This document shows, in pieces, positions 27,073 through 32,000 of a DNA stretch of 32,000 bases. The notes below the pieces were generated by a model. It was not told the DNA's origin. It searched no databases and was given only the letters and a program-made list of their open reading frames with translations. Each line of letters starts with the position of its first letter. The stretch's first letter is position 1. The stretch is from Candidatus Hermodarchaeota archaeon (lineage in GTDB: Archaea > Asgardarchaeota > Heimdallarchaeia > Hodarchaeales > Hodarchaeaceae). The translations under genes were made by a program, and so were the position numbers. The stretch is taken from assembly GCA_048886185.1 (NCBI GenBank), contig JBHLKY010000004.1, positions 60,001 through 92,000 of the forward strand, written 5' to 3'.

Positions 27073-28161
27073 TTGATGGATAGAGGTATACTATTCAGTG
27101 TTTTTGACAAACAAAAAGGGCTTTCTATTCCAATATTTTATTCTGGAGGAATTAATCAAGATGAAGCAACTCACGTTGCGCGTCGGTCTCAAATGACTTT
27201 AACGATGATGAGTACTACGGATTTGGAGACTGCAGAAGCCATCCTTCCATTCACAGGGCTAGATAAAATTGGTTTCATTCTTTTATTCCAGATCCGACAA
27301 ACAAATCCAGCAGAGCCTTTATGCATTGCCTCTTTATCGTATATTGTAAATCAAGATCAACAAGTATTCCTTTATAATAGAGTTCCATTCTTAAAATTCA
27401 AAGCAGAAGATTTAGCAAGAAAAATTAAAGATGGATTTATCTATACTGGAGCTATAAAATTTCCTAAGGATTTAGCACAAGCCCTTTCAGAATGGCGAGT
27501 TTCAGAGAGAGAAGCTACAGCGGAAATTCAAATCATTGAGCAAAAAGTCATTCTATCGCAAAAGAAAGAAGGTGGAAATATTGAGTTCTTTCTTTCTCAA
27601 ATACGGAAAAAGGAGGATCGTGTTCTTGGAGCATTGTTTAGAAATCGTCCTGTTTTTGTAGCTGGAAGTTCCGATATTTTAGTGGACCTCATGGTTCATA
27701 GTTTGGATATGCTTGTACCCCATCTTAATCTGCGAAAAGTAAGTTATACTAGGGATATAATTGACCCATCTCAGGCTGATATCATTGGGATAAGTAGGGA
27801 TTTAGTAAAAAATTATCCTAAAGAAGTAATACTTGATATGGATAAGAAACAGATAAAAAATGGAGAGCCATGTGTCTATTCCAAAAAGCTGATAAAAACT
27901 ATGCGGAAAAATCCCGATAATATTACTAAAATAGTTAAAGAATCGACGAATAAACTATTGCGAGTTGCAGGTTCATTAGTAGAAGCTTTTTCATATTCAG
28001 AAGAAGAAAAAGAAAGTAGAATTAATGAAATTCAAAAATCACATGATTCGGAATTAATTGAGGTTGCTGCAGAAATTGGAGCCCAACGAAATCCGTTAAT
28101 TCGTGAACTTCTATTGCAACGCGTATCTGCAAGATTTTTGGATTGGATGGGGGATCTCTGA
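27073..28161 (+). CDS. DENN-like protein (uDENN/longin, cDENN-like core, helical dDENN-like region); start ATG 27076
   Basis: ILFSVFDKQKG..PIFY (longin/uDENN first strands), CIASLSYIV, then VLGALFRNRPVFVAG..LVDLMVHSLDMLVP..ADIIGI..VILDMDKKQI (cDENN-like order of elements), then a helical tail. SD GGAG upstream. Confidence 0.7.
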   Translation: MMDRGILFSVFDKQKGLSIPIFYSGGINQDEATHVARRSQMTLTMMSTTDLETAEAILPFTGLDKIGFILLFQIRQTNPAEPLCIASLSYIVNQDQQVFLYNRVPFLKFKAEDLARKIKDGFIYTGAIKFPKDLAQALSEWRVSEREATAEIQIIEQKVILSQKKEGGNIEFFLSQIRKKEDRVLGALFRNRPVFVAGSSDILVDLMVHSLDMLVPHLNLRKVSYTRDIIDPSQADIIGISRDLVKNYPKEVILDMDKKQIKNGEPCVYSKKLIKTMRKNPDNITKIVKESTNKLLRVAGSLVEAFSYSEEEKESRINEIQKSHDSELIEVAAEIGAQRNPLIRELLLQRVSARFLDWMGDL

Positions 28162-28184
28162 AGAAAATTTAATAAAGATATAAG

Positions 28185-29156
28185 CTAGGTGGTAACCCCC
28201 AGCATTCTTTTAGCCCAATCTGGGGTTAAAACTCCGATCCACATTAGTACAGGATAAATCATAAGGAAGAAACGAGAGATTGTAGCAATAATTCCTTCGT
28301 AACCCTGAAGGGCAGTAATTAATCCTGTGATCATTGAAGGATTAATAATTTCAATAGTAAACGCAATTGATAATAGAGTTTGACTGATTAGTATCCATAG
28401 TAATCGTCTCCATGTTGGTGACCCTCGTTGAAACAAACTTACAGTCAAATAAAGGAAAAGAAAGTCAATACTCCAAAGTGGAATAAAAAAAAGGATCCAA
28501 AGTATGACATTCAGAAGTGGGTCATGTTCTGGACTCCAATCTGAGCCTGAAAAATGCCATTGAAATGGTGCTGTGGTTATTAGAATTAAATAAATTAGGA
28601 TTAGAATGATGGGAGGTATTAAATATTTCCTACTCATATCAGGAAAGAATGAAATCACAAAAAATACTGCTGCAATGATTGCCATTGAGGAAGTAATCCA
28701 AGCTAATGCTGCTCCTGCCCATCCTACAGCGAATACATTGATTTCTATATACTCTATAATACTTTGCATAGGAGGTATTGGTGGTTCAGTTATTGTGTCT
28801 GGCGTAGTTGCAGTTACATCTACTAAAAGTAGTAAAATAACCTGTTCAATGAGCAAGAAGAACATTCCTAGTCCTCCAAAGATAAATTCTAGTGCAAGAT
28901 ACAATGTTTGTCTTTTTTCAGTTCGTTGATAAGAAAAAAACAACCGAAATCCAAATGAAAGAAATAGAATAATGCCTATTGCTATAAATGCGACTCCTAA
29001 GAGTTCGATTGGATCTCTATCTGTAAGTTGCACTATGGAATTTTGCATAACGATCATCTCATCTTTTTTCTTGATTGAAAAATTAACCTCAAAAATCTTT
29101 CTTAAAAGTTTTAAAACTTGTAGATGATAATTTATTATATTGGAGATAAAATTCAT
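28185..29156 (-). CDS. Orphan seven-transmembrane protein; start more likely ATG 29057 or 29048
   Basis: Seven hydrophobic segments counted, a Pro/Thr-rich loop after TM2, and a C-terminal WIGVLTPDWAKR motif. Confidence 0.75.
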   Translation of the reverse strand: MNFISNIINYHLQVLKLLRKIFEVNFSIKKKDEMIVMQNSIVQLTDRDPIELLGVAFIAIGIILFLSFGFRLFFSYQRTEKRQTLYLALEFIFGGLGMFFLLIEQVILLLLVDVTATTPDTITEPPIPPMQSIIEYIEINVFAVGWAGAALAWITSSMAIIAAVFFVISFFPDMSRKYLIPPIILILIYLILITTAPFQWHFSGSDWSPEHDPLLNVILWILFFIPLWSIDFLFLYLTVSLFQRGSPTWRRLLWILISQTLLSIAFTIEIINPSMITGLITALQGYEGIIATISRFFLMIYPVLMWIGVLTPDWAKRMLGVTT

Positions 29157-29188
29157 AATTATTCTGGGTAGAAACCTCCTCCTTTCAG

Positions 29189-30673
29189 GTGAAAATTTTG
29201 GGTACCACTGTTCGCAGTATTGATGACCTTGGAGCTGAATTTGAAAAGTATGTTGTTCTTTTGCGCGAACAACGGTACAACCAAAAGGCTGGACTTTCGT
29301 ACGAGAAGAGTCTCATGGAATCGCTATCTGAAACATTGGTTGGCCTAAGTTCAGAGTTTCTGAGCTCATACGAAAAACCAAAGGCGTTTTATTTGAATGC
29401 TATAGACACGATCGCTGAAGCTCGAAAACTTCCACTATCCATAGATATCTACGATAAACGAATGTCAGTAATTTCATCTCAAACCTTGAAAATTAACGGA
29501 AAAGCAGTAAATTGGGGAACTTGGAGGCAATTTAATGCCCAAACTGAAAATCCAAATGATAGAAAATTAGTATTTGATGAATTTATTAGCAAGATACCTG
29601 ATCTTACTCCCTCCATTGTCAAACGCTTCAATATTTCTCGTCAAGTCTATTCTCTTTATGGCTCCTCACCTTTAACAGCTTATTTAGAAAAAGAGTTCCT
29701 TTCATATGAAGAGTTACAAGATAAGATATTCGCTCTTGGAGATGGGGCAAGAAAACCATTCTTAGAGGCTGCAGATCATTTTGCCCCGAAAATTCTTGGA
29801 AAAGAAAACTTTGAATATTTTGATGATTTCTATGTTACCCGAGCCCGAATCTATTCACCATTAAACAAATATTTCGAAAAGAAGAATCCATTGAAGCTTA
29901 TAGGATCAATTCTTTCAAATTGGGGATTTGCAGAGGACATTTCACAGATTAAAGTCGATAATGAGGATCGGGAGAAAAAATCTCCTTCTGCGTTTTGTAC
30001 AGTAATAAAAATTCCAACCGATGTCCGAGTGACTTATAAACATGTCTCACCTTTCAGTGACTTCACCAGTGTGTTTCATGAGTTTGGACATGCTATTCAC
30101 GGAACATCAGGGAATCCGCAAGATCCTTTTTGGAAAAAATATATTGTTCCTAGAAGTGTTGCTGAAACTTTCTCTCTGTTCCTTGAAATGCTGTTACAAT
30201 ATCCTCTCTTTCTGCAGCAAGAGCTCGAGTTATCTGAAGAGGTCACACGAAAAATTCTTAATAGCAGACATTTCATGAATCTCTACTTTCTTGCTTTTTA
30301 CTCTGCTAATTCTTTAATGAAATTGGAATTCTGGAAGCGGGATTATACCTCTGAACAGGCATCCGCTCGGTTCCAGGAATTGACAAAAAGATTTTTTTGG
30401 GAAATGCCAGGAGAATACTGGCTTTTACATCACATTATGCCTGATTATGATCTTTACACTCCATCCTATTTATTAGCGAGTATTCGTGCAAAGGAATGGA
30501 TTAATCAAATGATTGATGAGTATGGCGAGGAATTTTGGAAAAGTACACAGGCAGGCGACGTTTTTAGGGACTTAGCAGCCACTCGGGGGGAATTTGATCT
30601 GACAGTATGGGATATGGATCCACTACCTTATCTCGAGGAACAGTCCCAATTTGACTTTGATAACTCAGAATGA
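29189..30673 (+). CDS. Gluzincin metallopeptidase, M3-like (oligoendopeptidase)
   Basis: HEXXH in VFHEFGHAIH, downstream Glu ligand in AETFS, REKKSPSAFC, YTPSYLLA. No signal peptide. Confidence 0.85.
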   Translation: MKILGTTVRSIDDLGAEFEKYVVLLREQRYNQKAGLSYEKSLMESLSETLVGLSSEFLSSYEKPKAFYLNAIDTIAEARKLPLSIDIYDKRMSVISSQTLKINGKAVNWGTWRQFNAQTENPNDRKLVFDEFISKIPDLTPSIVKRFNISRQVYSLYGSSPLTAYLEKEFLSYEELQDKIFALGDGARKPFLEAADHFAPKILGKENFEYFDDFYVTRARIYSPLNKYFEKKNPLKLIGSILSNWGFAEDISQIKVDNEDREKKSPSAFCTVIKIPTDVRVTYKHVSPFSDFTSVFHEFGHAIHGTSGNPQDPFWKKYIVPRSVAETFSLFLEMLLQYPLFLQQELELSEEVTRKILNSRHFMNLYFLAFYSANSLMKLEFWKRDYTSEQASARFQELTKRFFWEMPGEYWLLHHIMPDYDLYTPSYLLASIRAKEWINQMIDEYGEEFWKSTQAGDVFRDLAATRGEFDLTVWDMDPLPYLEEQSQFDFDNSE

Positions 30674-30689
30674 TGTAATAACAATTGAT

Positions 30690-32000
30690 TTACACTGTAA
30701 AAATATTCCAATCATTGTCTAATTGTTCCATTCTATCAAGAATAATCTCAAAATTAATTAAAGCATCAATAGGGGTAATTCGATCATTTTCAATGTCTGC
30801 GATTAAATATAAATTTTGTTGAGCATTCATATAAATCGAATTTGTATTATTGTTAGTTATATCCCCTCTAACCAACTCTTGCCAATTCTCAACAGCACTC
30901 TCATTTAAGAGTTCCCCTTTAACATTTGTGAGATTCTCATAAGTGCTATTGGCACTAATTTGAGACAGAGTAAAATTATTTATAGCATTATCAGGTTCAA
31001 AGAGTCCCCCCTGAATAGTGGCTGTTAGGGTTTCGTTAAAGCTATATGAACCCAATGAAAAATATTTTATTGACTGAAGTGTGCCATTTAATGCTGAAAC
31101 GTATTGATCTGCAAAATTAATTCTCGAAGAAGCAGAATGAGTAAAATCTTCTAAGTCATCTAGTAGGAAATTGAGTTCATCAAGCTCCTCAAACTCAATA
31201 TATTCTTGAGAATCAATAACCGAACTCATATTTTCCAATCCTATTTTTGCTTGCTTTAAATATTCAGAAGTGTCATTTAATCCAATATCGATGTTGTTCC
31301 AACGAGGATCGAGAACGTTTGAAGAATTTGAGAAATCTATTGCTTGAATTTCGATAAGTGTGTTGTTTAATGACTGAAACATGTAGTTCGTATTCTTTAA
31401 TGAATATAAAAGATATTTTGTAATCTGATGTAAATTAAGGCTAAAAATAGTCAGATCACGGAATGGGATCACTGATCTTTTGGGTAAACTCTCAACATCA
31501 ACGTTTCTCATTGCTAATGAGGCATTATAATCTTTTTCAGCTTCTATAAGAATTCTTGATTTAAAATCAAATTTATTAAGGCTATCAAAGACTAAACTGA
31601 GCTTATAGGTACTATTTATCCATGGAACTATTCCAGAAACGACTGTAATTAGAATCGGTAATCCAATTTCGAGTTCAGAAAGCAAACTGGCCATTTCATC
31701 GAAAACGGAATAATTAAAGGTCTCCTGTACTTCACTTAAAAGGGCTAAAATTGGATCTTCAATGGTTGTTAGATTATTTACCCCATGTTGCATTAGTTTT
31801 AGTGCCTCTCTCATCTCAGCATCATATTCTTGGAAAAAACTTGATCCAAGACCTTCTTGGTAGGAGCTTTCAATAGAATTAAGTAAAATATCAAAGCTCT
31901 GATTCATTCCTAATTGAAGATTATAATACCCCCATAAAATATTAGAAAAATAGGGTACGGTATTAGCTAGCACTGTTGTTAGGGTTAATATCTCAGGTAA
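30690..32000 (-). CDS. C-terminal part of a large helical, probably surface-exposed glycoprotein; 5' end outside the window
   Basis: Frame is open to the window edge (..LPEILTLTTVLANTVPY..). Acidic amphipathic helices and 16 N-x-S/T sequons in the 427-aa tracked part. Confidence 0.8.
   Translation of the reverse strand, partial: LPEILTLTTVLANTVPYFSNILWGYYNLQLGMNQSFDILLNSIESSYQEGLGSSFFQEYDAEMREALKLMQHGVNNLTTIEDPILALLSEVQETFNYSVFDEMASLLSELEIGLPILITVVSGIVPWINSTYKLSLVFDSLNKFDFKSRILIEAEKDYNASLAMRNVDVESLPKRSVIPFRDLTIFSLNLHQITKYLLYSLKNTNYMFQSLNNTLIEIQAIDFSNSSNVLDPRWNNIDIGLNDTSEYLKQAKIGLENMSSVIDSQEYIEFEELDELNFLLDDLEDFTHSASSRINFADQYVSALNGTLQSIKYFSLGSYSFNETLTATIQGGLFEPDNAINNFTLSQISANSTYENLTNVKGELLNESAVENWQELVRGDITNNNTNSIYMNAQQNLYLIADIENDRITPIDALINFEIILDRMEQLDNDWNIFTV

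Noticed and set aside
28185-28400. 7-TM protein as a rhodopsin or heliorhodopsin
   Set aside because: No Lys in the seventh helix and no DxxxK or SxxxK motif.
785-30278. Numerous 60-130-aa ORFs antisense to or nested in longer genes (e.g. 3783, 3975, 4647, 6256, 8794, 9889, 10486, 13135, 14053, 17979, 18686, 19245, 20470, 21107, 22862, 25039, 28606, 30042)
   Set aside because: They overlap well-supported genes, lack motifs and SD sites, and are the expected shadows of coding sequence.

Overview
AT-rich, gene-dense archaeal chromosomal window, most likely from an Asgard archaeon (Heimdallarchaeia/Hodarchaeales-like). This is inferred from an archaeal aIF-1A, GAGGT(GA)-type Shine-Dalgarno sites, frequent TTG/GTG starts and eukaryotic-signature-like proteins. 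I see no rRNA, tRNA, CRISPR array or mobile element. Housekeeping and metabolic genes include a type-2 IleRS, sirtuin, RimI/Ard1-like GNAT, NUDIX hydrolase, ferredoxin-like protein, DUF72, GDPD, aIF-1A, dTMP kinase-like protein, MFS transporter, DNPH1-like hydrolase, BCP peroxiredoxin and an M3-like peptidase. The most notable observations are: (1) a circularly permuted cofactor-independent phosphoglycerate mutase; (2) a cytoplasmic protein fusing HEAT repeats, a mu-homology-like (adaptin mu/delta-COP) domain and tandem beta-sandwiches; (3) an apparently complete tripartite DENN-like protein tail-to-tail with an orphan 7-TM protein; (4) an IleRS with a swapped GVHT signature motif and an unusual leader; (5) a CorA-like membrane protein with a Cys/His-rich N-terminal module; (6) small ORFs and a structured intergenic element missed by the ORF track. 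All family assignments are by-eye motif recognition, not database searches.
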